64,000 nucleotides of DNA from Macrostomum lignano (lineage: Eukaryota), in assembly GCA_002269645.1 (NCBI GenBank), contig NIVC01003338.1:39449-103448 (forward strand), in the 5' to 3' direction. Shown here piece by piece: positions 1 to 11,098 of this stretch. The translations under genes were made by a program, and so were the position numbers. The first letter of the stretch is position 1. Each line of letters starts with the position of its first letter. The notes beneath the pieces were generated by a model. That model did no database searches and had not been told where the DNA came from. It worked only from the letters and a program-made list of their open reading frames with translations.

Positions 1-320
1 GTCTGGTACAGGAGTCGGTGTACAAGTAGGACGGGTACAGGAGTATGTGTACAAGTAAGACTGGTGCAGGAGTCGGTGTACAAGTAATACTGGTACAGGA
101 GTCGGTGTACAAGTAGGACGGGTACAGGAGTATGTGTACAAGTAAGACTGGTGCAGGAGTCGGTGTACAAGTAATACTGGTACAGGAGTCGGTGTACAAG
201 TAGGACGGGTACAGGAGTATGTGTACAAGTAAGACTGGTGCAGGAGTCGGTGTACAAGTAATACTGGTACAGGAGTCGGTGTACAAGTAGGACGGGTACA
301 AGATACCGTGTACAAGTAAA
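1..320. repeat. 29-bp minisatellite with an 87-bp three-variant higher-order unit (TBL1 intron)
   Basis: GTACAAGTA-anchored units cycle through variants A-B-C. Confidence 0.9.
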
Positions 321-348
321 TAAAGTTCAGGGCAATCTTCAGGCTCAC

Positions 349-409
349 CTGTATGGAATGCAAACTGCTGCTTTGCCTGACCCGTGGTGGCGTCCCAAAT
401 GATGGTTGT
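349..409 (-). CDS. TBL1X: TBL1-like exon 6 (WD40); gene continues beyond the left edge
   Basis: Manual translation: TTTCAG|TTIIWDATTGQAKQQFAFHT|GTGAGC. Confidence 0.88.
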
Positions 410-479
410 CTGAAATTCACCAGGAAAAAAAGGCATTTTAACCGCAGATTTCTTAGAATGATCGCTTCAATTAGCTCAC

Positions 480-577
480 CTTATCAACCCCGGCGCTGAG
501 TATGAGGTTGCCAGCTTTGTTCCACTTCAGCGCAAATATTGGGCCCTTGTGCTGGCCCAGGGTGCAGACCAGCGTAC
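480..577 (-). CDS. TBL1X: TBL1-like exon 5 (WD40)
   Basis: Manual translation: CTCAG|(G)[32 protein letters not shown]|GTGAGC. Confidence 0.9.
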
Positions 578-780
578 CTGAGTAGAGATAATTTTTAACC
601 ATAAACTTTATTGAACTCAATTGCTACTGTCAGTAGCTTAATAGATCACAGAAGGTATGAGGAGATGACCAAGCTTGTTCAGGTGACAAGAATTAGCCCA
701 GCCCATAATTTGAGCGAATTTGTCAGGCGCAAAACTACAAGGCAACTAAAAAAGAGCTCAAGTATCAAATAATTTCCTAC

Positions 781-844
781 CGTCTGTTGCCCACAGCCGC
801 GCGAAGCCATCGTAGGATCCCGTCGCCAGCCGGGAGCCGTCATA
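781..844 (-). CDS. TBL1X: TBL1-like exon 4 (WD40)
   Basis: TTTGCAG|YDGSRLATGSYDGFARLWATD(G)|GTAGG. Confidence 0.9.
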
Positions 845-939
845 CTGCAAAGGCGGGCGGTGGGTGGGCGGGTTAAGGACGGTGGGGTGAGCTGGTTGGG
901 GGAGGAAGGAAAATGCATATGTTAGCAAATTATAAAGGG

Positions 940-1460
940 GAGAAGGGAGATGAGAAGACGTAGGGAAGACGATGAGAAGTGAGAAGGCGTGGAGAGAGGT
1001 GATGAGAAAACGTGGAAGAGGTGATGAGGAGGAGTGGAAAGAGGTGATGAGGAGTGAAAAGAGGTGATGAAGGGGTGGAGATGTGATGAGAATACGTGCG
1101 GAGCCATGATAAGACGTGAGAAGACGTGGGGAGAGATGAGAAGACGTGAGAAGACGTTGGGAGAGATGAGAAGACATGAGAAGACGTGGGAAGAGATGAC
1201 AAGACGTGAGAAGACGTTGGGAGAGATGAGAAGACGTGAGAAGACGTGCGGAGCGATGATAAGACGTGAGAAGACGTTGGGAGAGATGATAAGACGTCAG
1301 AAGATGTGGGGAGAGATGACAAGACGTGAGAAGACGTGGGGAGAGATGACAAGACGTGAGAAGACGTGGGGAGAGATGATAAGACGTGAGAAGACGTGGG
1401 GGGATGATAAGACGTGAGAATACGTGGGGGGAGATGACAAGACATGAGAAGACGTGCGGG
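940..1460. repeat. 30-bp minisatellite (TBL1 intron 3)
   Basis: AAGACGTGAGAAGACGTGGGGAGAGATGAC-type units. Confidence 0.9.
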
Positions 1461-1675
1461 ATAGTAATTAAGAATGTGTAAGAATAAATGAGGATGGGTG
1501 AGAGGACGGATAAGATGCGGAAAGGGGGTGACTGGGAAAGAGAAGAGGTCAGAGGTAGGGAGATAAGTAAAAGCAGGGTGTGAATGGAGGATGAAGGAGA
1601 AACAGAGCAGTGAGAACAGAATCTGGCCACTAAGGGCTATCATTGCTTAGGACAGGCCAGAAAATTTCTGCTCAC

Positions 1676-2043
1676 ATTCCAATCAAGCGAGGTGACATCC
1701 TTGTTGCTGGGCACGTCCATGCCACCCCGGCTAATGCAGTGCTTGAGCACCAGCTGCTTCTTGGGATCAACGGCGCTGGCAAGGTCGGTGGCGTCCCACA
1801 GGCGGGCGGTGGAGTCGCCGGAGCCCGAGGCCAGCAGGTTCTGGCGGGGGTTCCAGGCGCAGATGAACACCTCGGACTCGTGGCCGCGCAGCACCGTGAC
1901 CCGGCTGGGCGGGATCTCCAGCGGCACGGCGAGGGAGTCTCGGCCGGCCGAGGCGAGGCCATCGCCGTCCTGCGCCATGTGGTCCTCGCCGTTGACCGCC
2001 TGGCCGAACGGCTTGCTGCCGGCTGAAGCTGAGGGCAATGGGG
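1676..2043 (-). CDS. TBL1X: TBL1-like exon 3 (linker plus first WD40 repeats)
   Basis: [18 protein letters not shown]...[14 protein letters not shown]...[13 protein letters not shown]; donor AAT|GTGAGC at 1676/1675. The acceptor is a GAGCAG tandem site (exon start 2043 or 2046, same frame). Confidence 0.88.
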
Positions 2044-2065
2044 CTGCTCGATAGCCCGACACTCC

Positions 2066-2805
2066 ATCAGACACTTTGACGGACACTGACAGACACTGCA
2101 CCAGACACTGACAGACACTGCACCAGACACTGACAGACACTACACCAGACACTGCACCAGGCAGTGACAGACACTACACCAGACACTGACAGACACTGCA
2201 CCAGGCAGTGACAGACACTGCACCAGACACTGTTAGACACTACACCAGACACTGTTATTAGACACTACACCAGACACTGACAGACACTGCACCAGACACT
2301 GTTAGACACTGCACCAGGCAGTGACAGACAGTACACCAGAAACCGACAGACACTGCACTAGAAACTGACAGACACTGACAGACACTACACCAGACACCGA
2401 CAGACACTGCACCAGACACTGTTAGACACTACACCAGACACTGACAGACACTACACCAGGCAGTGACATACACAAAACCAGACACTGTTAGACACTACAC
2501 TAGACACTGACAGACACTGCACCAGACACTGACAGACACTGCACCAGACACTGACGGACACTACACCAGACACTGCACTAGACACTGTTAGACACTGCAC
2601 CAGGCAGTGACAGACACTAGACCAGGCAGTGACAGACACTAGACCAGGCAGTGACAGACACTAGACCAGGCAGTGACAGACACTAGACCAGGCAGTGACA
2701 GACACTAGACTAGGCAGTGACAGACGCTAGACCAGGCAGTGACAGACACTAGACCAGGCAGTGACAGACACTAGACCAGGGAGTGACAGACACTACACCA
2801 GGCAC
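2066..2805. repeat. ~10/20-bp minisatellite (TBL1 intron 2)
   Basis: AGACACTG(C/A)... units. Confidence 0.9.
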
Positions 2806-2988
2806 TCGCACTAAAATAGGACATTCCACCCAAAGTTGACTATCATGTACGTCACTTTGCTACCAGATAATCGAAGCTGACTACCAGGCGATGGCATTAA
2901 CTATCTACCCACACAACATGTACATCTACAAGTAGCTCCAATTATCTACCAGACATCAGCCACAGGACCACCTGACCCCAGCACTTAC

Positions 2989-3261
2989 CAGCGCCCGGCC
3001 TGCCGCTAACACGGCATTTCTCAGCCTCGGCCACCTGCTTCTTGCGCATCTCCACCACCTCCGGCATGACGGAGTCGATCAGGGACAGAGACTCCACAAC
3101 TCGCTCGGAGCCGCCCTCGCCAATGCTGATCTCGGCCTCGGTGTACTGCAGGCCCTTCTGAATGATCTGCAGCAGAGCGGCCGGCGGCACCATGGAGCCA
3201 TTGATGTTGGTGCTGGAGATGTGGCTTTCCACACCGAATAAGAAGGCCGAGTGCAGATAGC
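2989..3261 (-). CDS. TBL1X: TBL1-like exon 2 (LisH/F-box-like region)
   Basis: Acceptor CCAG| after a 71-nt intron. Reads (G)[46 protein letters not shown]; donor G|GTAAGT at 2989/2988. Confidence 0.9.
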
Positions 3262-3332
3262 CTGGCGTGTTGCAATGCCAGGTGCAAAGTTAAAACCGAG
3301 CAAAGAAAACTTTAAACAGCCGAAGGACTTAC

Positions 3333-3390
3333 CCGACTCCTGCAGGTAACGATAGATAAGAAAGTTGACTTCATCACTGCTAAAGCTCAT
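3333..3390 (-). CDS. TBL1X: TBL1X/TBL1XR1/ebi-like corepressor, coding exon 1 (LisH start)
   Basis: MSFSSDEVNFLIYRYLQESG is the canonical TBL1-family N-terminus. ATG at 3390; phase-1 donor G|GTAAGT at 3333/3332. Confidence 0.93.
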
Positions 3391-4359
3391 TTCCAAGCTC
3401 AATTGACAATGTTTTGCTGCTGGTAAAAGTGATGTTGCTTACATTACAAAATTCAGCATGCATTGTTTATAGAGAAGTAACTTTGAACTCAATTTCTTGC
3501 ATTCACATTTTGAATAAACAAATTTACTTTAGGAGTGTCCCACTGGCATTTATGAGGCAAAGCAATTATTACACTCGTAAATTGTTTTTTTTTATTTCTA
3601 AAAATGATAAAAACAATCACAAAATGTTTCAATACCTCATTGTAGAAAACATACAGACATTCATCCTATGCTATAGCCTAGGCCTACACCCAGCATTATT
3701 AGTAATTAGTAAAAGTAAACAAAATTAAGTAAAAATTACAAACAATTATGTAACTTAAAAATTATTTGATTTTTTTGCTTTCTTTTTTTACATATTAGAA
3801 ACTTGAAGTCATATAAAATATTATGTATTAATGTCTTACCTGACACTTAGGCTAGCAGCCTTATGCTTATAGGCATATTAGGATATATTATAAATGTGAC
3901 GAAGGGGTATATAGCAATTAGATCTATTCTATTAAAAAAGTAAAAATGGATACATTGCCAATTTAGTTTTGCCTTCTGACATTCAATTATTGCTATTTAT
4001 TATTATTTAGTTCTTAAGATAAGATTTAGTTCTTAAATCCTAGGCAATCATATGTTATGTAAATGGCATGTATCAAGGAGCCTATAAAGTTTTTGCCATA
4101 GGTATATTGTTAGATATCTAGTCAATTCATCTGCTACCAAATATTCTGTTGCCTATTTGTTTGAAATTACTAAATAAGCATTTTGTCCACTAGACTGCTT
4201 ATTAATCTATCCTATATACTAAAAATGGTTAAGCCTTAGCTAAACCTTTTCCTACCTTGCTGACACTATATCTCTTAACACCAGACCACACTACTGTGCT
4301 ACATCTATGCCATGTATACTTATACTATGCCATACTTATTGCTATCTTACTAAGCCATG

Positions 4360-4423
4360 CCTTGGTTGGCCGCCATATCGGTTGGCCAGATTGGCCGACT
4401 CGGCCGACTGTTGCACATGTATA
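4360..4423 (+). mobile_element. truncated 3' end of MITE family A
   Basis: CTTGGTTGGCCGCC...CGGCCGACTGTTGCACATGTAT matches the right end of the full copies. Confidence 0.7.
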
Positions 4424-4429
4424 TAAAAG

Positions 4430-4620
4430 AGGGTAGGTACCAAGCCTACTATAAAAGGGTAAGAAGGCAACAAGCTTACTATAAAAGGGAATATGCTAAG
4501 TCTACTATAAAAGAGGGGCAAGCCTACTATAAAGGAAGGCACCAAGTCTAAAAAGTGGAAGTGATACTAAGCCTACTGTAAAGAGGAAGGATACCAAGCC
4601 TACTTGGAGATACTTAGAGC
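4430..4620. repeat. degenerate ~30-bp tandem repeat
   Basis: Recurrent AAGCCTACTATAAA. Confidence 0.5.
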
Positions 4621-4796
4621 TTACTTAAAATATATTAATATTATAATAAATTTAATACTTAGCAAGAATTAACTATAGTCTATAAATATAAAAAAATAAA
4701 TACAATACTTTTCTTTTAAGTCCAACTAATTTAGCTAATCACTAGATTAGCTTATTTGTTTATAGCATTGGCATAGGACTAAGATACTCCTAAGTA

Positions 4797-5091
4797 CATA
4801 CATGCGCAACCTCCAAATTTCGGTCGGCCATGCGACTTAGTTTTAACAAAAATGCGACGTAGTTTTTGGCCAAAAATGCGACTTACATGTAAAAAAACCC
4901 GAAAGCAAAATTAACGCAACTTTGGGTAAACGGCAGGAGTAACTATGACTGTCTTATAAAGCCAAAATGCCTCGTCAGCTACTTAGTACTACTACTGTGT
5001 TTTTTCGGGTTGGCATTTTTGCAACTTCCTTGGTTGGCCACCAAATCGGTCGGCCGGATCGGCCAACTCGGCCGACTGTTGCGCATGTATG
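4797..5091 (+). mobile_element. hAT-type MITE family A, copy 1 (295 bp)
   Basis: TIR CATACATGCGCAAC...GTTGCGCATGTATG; 8-bp TSD CCTAAGTA. Confidence 0.88.
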
Positions 5092-8000
5092 CCTAAGTAC
5101 CAATATCATATTGGACAAAGCTATTTTATATTTTTGTATCTATAAAAAACAAAAACACAAAAAAAGTTTAACAAATGATTAAAAGAGAATTCCCAATTCT
5201 GCTTTTGTCATTTAAAGGTTTATCCAAGTTAAGCTTTAAACTTTTTGGGCCTATTAGAACCTTTAAACAAAAACAACAACAAACAACAAAATATGCAACC
5301 TTGCATGCACAGTTGCAGTTAGAGCAGGGCGCGTCAGATGGCACGCTGCAGAGCCTGGGAGCGAACAAAGTCTACTAACATTGCACAGCAGGCAGTCCAT
5401 GTATCAATGGGTTTAGGCCTAACCCCGCCTAAATGGGCCATGCAAGGTGAGCAGCAAGATGTCCTAAACAGGTTAGGGGCAATAGCCCTCAGCCTGGATC
5501 ATGTGACCTGCTAGTTGAGGTTGCTGCCAGCACAGAATGATGAACAGGCGCTGCAGCTTGGCCCGATTATACAAGGCCTCAGTCCCAATCCTTTCATCAA
5601 CCCGAAAGGTTACACAGAGCAACCCTGAGTGCGCCAAGTCCAGCTGCCACTCTAGCGTAGCTGTCAGCGTCCATGTCTTGGCATTGTATAGGCCTAGCAG
5701 GATGGTTTTGACCACTGCCTGCTAGGCTACAGCCAAGCCCTTTGGCAGTTGGGCAGCGCTTTGGATTGGAGGATAGCTTGGATTGAATGAAAACTTAAAA
5801 CAAAAAGCCTAGGCCTATTAAAGGCATACTTTTATATTGAACTATATGGCACATACTGAAACTATAAGAAAATAAGCCTAAGGTATATAGAGGGCCTTAG
5901 TGAATATAATTATAATAGCAAAAATAGTTATTTTTATGGTTAACACAAAAAAATGTAGGCCTACTTTCTAAATAACTTCTAAGTAACAAACATGCAATGT
6001 AGGCTATGTAAATATAGACCTAGTAATTAAAAACAAAGAAACATTTTAAATATATTGATACAATATTACAATGTTAGGCTAACTTTATATGGTTCTTGTT
6101 ATTGACCTTAGTCCTTAGCTAGCTAGGCCTAACTTATGAATGTTAGGCCTGTTAAATTTATTCCAAGTGCAAGTTCTAACTTCCAATAGCTATAAAAAAT
6201 AGCCATTTTGCTTTTTAGTTAGGCCCTATATACTAGGGCCTAGTATAGTGACTACAAAAATAATAGGCCTAGGCAAAGCTACACTATTTAAAAGTAGCCT
6301 AGATAGTATGAGCATACTTGTTTAAGTGTTGATTGTTGAATATAAAAAACCATCTTGCTATTTGTAATAGTCACAGCAACAACTGCAATTTAAAAATCTT
6401 TTCTAGTAGGCCTATTTATTAGGCCTTAGGCCTAGGCTTGGTTGAAAAAATACACAAAAGATGCGTGCAATTGAATGGATCTAGGCTAGGCATACAGCGA
6501 CTATTTGCAATTTTTTACTGCAAAAAAGCGTGAATTTTTACTAAAAGCTACTCTAATCACATCACATGTCATAGCCAAAGCCCCCTAGCTAGCTCATCCT
6601 CATCAGTCATCACTCATCACTGGGCCCTCTTGTCTTTAGGCTCTTTCGAGTTGCCAAAACAAAACTTATACTGTTTGAAGTAAATTGTCTAATTTTATTT
6701 CTCATTCCTTCCTTTTCTCGCCGCTAGGAGATGACCTCAGTGGTTTTAGTCTAGTAGTGAGTCTAGTAGTGAGGCAGTGAATTTCTAATATCTAATTTTC
6801 TTTAAAATGAAGTTCGTTCGTAATCATCACTTCATCATGCACCCATAATGACAAGCTTCTAAAAAATAGCTAGATTTTTTACTTTTAAAAATTTATTTGC
6901 AGTAAACAAAAAACGTGTATAGTAAAAGTTTGTAAGATTTATAAAAGTAAATTTTCTTTTGGTAAGTTTTTTTTTAATTTTATCTTATTTTTAGTTTGCC
7001 TAAAAATGCAATACAAAAACAACTAAGTTTTATTTTAAACATCGTTTTGAAAGACTTTTAATCAATTGTTGTTATAAAATATATTGCCGAGTTAATGCAT
7101 AACGTGTAAGTTCGTTAAAACTAGTATTTAATAAAATTGCATTCTCTATTGATTGGTTGTTTATTTTATATTACTATCACAAGTAATTTATTTTAAGTAT
7201 TCTTTTTGCCTAATATAATACTAATGGTTATAATACTAATAGCTCTTACCAAGACCAGTTGGACAAAAACTATTAAGTATTAAGTATAAGTATAGGCCCT
7301 ATGACTAGGATTCAGGATTGCTTCTCATTTCTGTTGTCTGTAAGCCTAATTTAGATAGCTTATTGCTATGCAAGTAGGCTTTAATTTGCAGATTAAAATA
7401 AAAGAGTTACAAAGTAACTTACTATAAATGGATAATTTACCGAACAGAAGTGTAGGATTGCCTAATTTACTTTAATTAATTTATACATATAGCCTAATTA
7501 AATTCTTCTTTTGAAAATTTGTCAAGTATTAAAAAAGTCATGGATCTTTTCATATCTTAAATTTAATTTTCTACAATTTTGTAATGCATTTTACCTAGGC
7601 CTATTATGCCTTAAATTGCTTAATGCTTAAACATTGCAATCATTTTGTCTAAGTCAGATTTATGTTAGGCCTAACAATAACAGTGACTTGGCCAATATAA
7701 ATAACAAAACTATTATTTATATTGTCAAGACATAATGTTGTAAGACTATCTAGGCCTATGGTTTTAAACTTTATGCCATAGTCAAGTCAAGAAGATGGCC
7801 TTTTTCATAGAAAATTCTGGTATAAAAAGAGATTGGGTATGCACCATGCCAGTGCATTTTGTCATAATAATAGGCAAGAAAGAAAATCCAACACAGTTAA
7901 CAATGATTATTTTCTATGAAACAGATTTAAATATAAGTTTTACTAGCATTTTTTCAAATGGGGAAAATACTTATATTTGTGTTTTTATGTTTCTTTTAAA

Positions 8001-8401
8001 AAAAAGTTCTAGTAGGCCTATATTGTATTAAGTAGACTTATTTGATAAGAATAGTTTTGGCGCATGGCAAAAGTAATTTTTTTTATTGGATTTGTTCTAG
8101 CATATGGTGCAATCAAATTTTTTTATAGGATTTGTTTCAGCATAGGTATGCTATGATCCTGGCTATGGACTTAATGTAACCATATATATTGCAAAACTAT
8201 AGTAAAATCACTATGTGTAAAAATCAAAAGGGCTATTCTTATAGGCATTGAGATCATATAAGGGAAGAAATTAGTGTTTCGTCATAAAAAGGGTCCATAG
8301 CTATAGTTGTAAGCAAAACTATGGCTTATTTCAATTCTCTGTATTCCATAGCCATATAGACCCCAATATTACCATATTCTCATAGTTCGCATAGCCATAG
8401 C

Positions 8402-8697
8402 CATACATGCCCAACCTCCAAAATTCGGTCGGCCATACAACTTAGTTTTAACAAAAATGTGACATAGTTTTTGGCCAAAAATGCGACTTACATGTAAAAA
8501 ACCCTAACGCAAAATTAACGCAACTTTGGGTAAACGGCAAGAGTAACTATGACTGTCTTATAAAGTCAAAATGCCTTATCAGCTACTTAGTACTACTACT
8601 TTGGTATTTTTTAGATGGGCATTTTTGCAACTTCCTTGGTTGGCCGCCAAATCGGTTGGCCAGATCGGCCGACTCGGCCAACTATTGCGCATGTATG
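8402..8697 (+). mobile_element. hAT-type MITE family A, copy 2
   Basis: Same body and TIRs; 8-bp TSD GCCATAGC. Confidence 0.88.
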
Positions 8698-10497
8698 GCC
8701 ATAGCCATAGTTTTACCAAAAAGTCTAGAAAACAAAATATTTTGAATCAAGATAACCTTACTTAAACAACTGCAAATTAAGTTAGAAAATAAAAGAAACA
8801 CTTGATTGCCTTTGTAAGATTATATTTTGTCTTTTTACAGTGCAACAATACTTATTTGCTACTGAAAGTACTAATGCTGAACTTTTTCACAATAATAAAA
8901 ATTAGAGTTTTCTAGTGTTTTATTGTACTTTATTAAGTCTATTTCTTAAGTTTTTTAAGTTGATAATACAGTTTACTACAGTATCTTTGTTTTACTCTGC
9001 CTGTTTCAAATTTTTAAAATTAATAACTATGGCTTTGGGAATCTACAGAATGTGGCAGCAACTATCATATTTCTGTAGTCGTAGCTATAAGATCAGCTAG
9101 CTACCGTAGGCATATCCATAGCTGCTTTAGGCATCTATTTTACCATATTTGCCATAGCTATGGTGGAACACTAGAAAAAATTATTTATATAAATTATTAA
9201 CGAATATGTAAAATAAGCTAGAGCCTAGCTAAAGTTGGTAATAAAAACTACTAGAACTAGAATTTACCATTGTATTAATATATTGATAATCTATTTTATT
9301 TTTTAAATTTAATAATTTTTTCTTTAATAAGTTATGTTTTTAATTTGCACTGCAATTATGCAAGTTTGTTACTTAATTTAAATGATATTTATTTGATATG
9401 TTGATTGTAAAAATGACTATCTTACTATTTATATAGTCAGTATAACAAAATCAACTGCCTTTGTCTAAATATTTTTGTAATATTACTTTTTGTAATATTT
9501 TATAATAAAAGTGAGTTGATGACTGATATACACCAATGTAATTGCCTTTATTTATCTTTTCATGTTTAGGCACAACCTTGGGATTCACTTGGCCATTTCT
9601 ATGCTTAGGCGCAACCTAGGGATTCACCTAGCTGTTTTTATTGGCAACACACACATTCCATCCAATAGTAAGTCACTATTGGATGGTAAGTCACTATTGG
9701 ATGGAATAGTAGTCACATGACTGCTCTTAGCCAATAGCAACTTACATGTATATGTTGCTAATAGAAACAGCCAGGTGATTCCTAAGGTTGTGGATGTATA
9801 TATCTTTTTCAACTTAAATTTTCTTATCTTATATCTATAAGAGGCCTAAATATAGTTATAGGACTAAAATAACTAAAACACATTGCAACAATGCCTTAAA
9901 AATCTGGCCTAAAATGCATAACGAGACCATAGCATAGAAAAAACATTTTTGCCACTTTTCATAATGACTAATGTCTTATTAATTCTTTCTTCTTTTTATA
10001 AGCATAAGTAAGTCATAATTCAGCATATAATTTTTTGTTTCTTAAATAGGGACAATAAGGCCAACCTATTAAAAGGTTTAAACAATGACAATTTTGTGAA
10101 TTATTCAAGTATATCTAATGCAAAAGATTAGTTAAGTCAAGAATTAAAAAGTTTATAATATTGCATTGGCTTTATATTTTATAAAGCCAAATTCCAAAAC
10201 ATTTTTTTAATTTCAAGAAAATATAATCCCAATGTTAGATACTAATAAAAATCTTCATGTGTATTACTAGCCAGAGCATAAGCTTTAAAACAAAATCTTA
10301 ACTTATTAACAATTGATTTTGTTAAATTAAAAATTAATTGAATATTAATAAGTAATAATCTATTAATGTTAATATAGAACATATATGAATTAGGTATTTT
10401 TTATAAAACTAACTTTATAATGCACTGTTTTTGCTTTTCATCTTTTAAGCTAACACTAAAAGAAATGCTATCTAAGCAATTTATGATTTATTAGGTA

Positions 10498-10796
10498 CAT
10501 ACATGCGCAACCTCCAAAATTCGGTCGGCCGTGCGACTTAGTTTTAACAAAAAATGCGACGTAGTTTTTGGCTAAAAATGCGACTTACATGTAAAAAAAC
10601 CCTAAAGCAAAATTACCGCAACTTTGGGTAAACGGCAGGAGTAACTATGACTGTCTTATTAAGCTAAAATGCCTCGTCAGCTACTTAGTACTACTGCTTG
10701 GGTGTTTTTTCGGGTGGCCATTTTTGCGACTTCTTTGGTTGGCCGCCAAATCGGTCGGCCGGATCGGCCGACTCGGCCGACTGTTGCGCATGTATG
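10498..10796 (+). mobile_element. hAT-type MITE family A, copy 3
   Basis: Same body and TIRs; 8-bp TSD ATTAGGTA. Confidence 0.88.
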
Positions 10797-11098
10797 ATTA
10801 GGTACTAGGGAAAAATAGGTAATATGGTAATAGGTGATAGAGAAAAAACATATAAATGGCTACTAAAGTAGTATAAAGTAAGAAAATAAAATTCTTTATT
10901 TGATAATTGAAAGTTAATAATTGATTATTAACATTGAACAAGAAGATTGTTCTAATAATACTAGCAAGCAGAGCTAAAAGTAAAAAAAAACTATTAATAT
11001 ATAGTAAAATCAATGAATTAAGTAATACTTATATAGTCAAGAATTAGTTCATACTAGCACATTAAGCACCCATGGGGGGAATTCAATTCAAAGTTTAA

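Noticed and set aside
5320-5760. GC-richer island in the AT-rich spacer as a gene or exon
   Set aside because: Only short ORFs without motifs, and no consistent acceptor/donor pair could be linked to a neighbouring gene.
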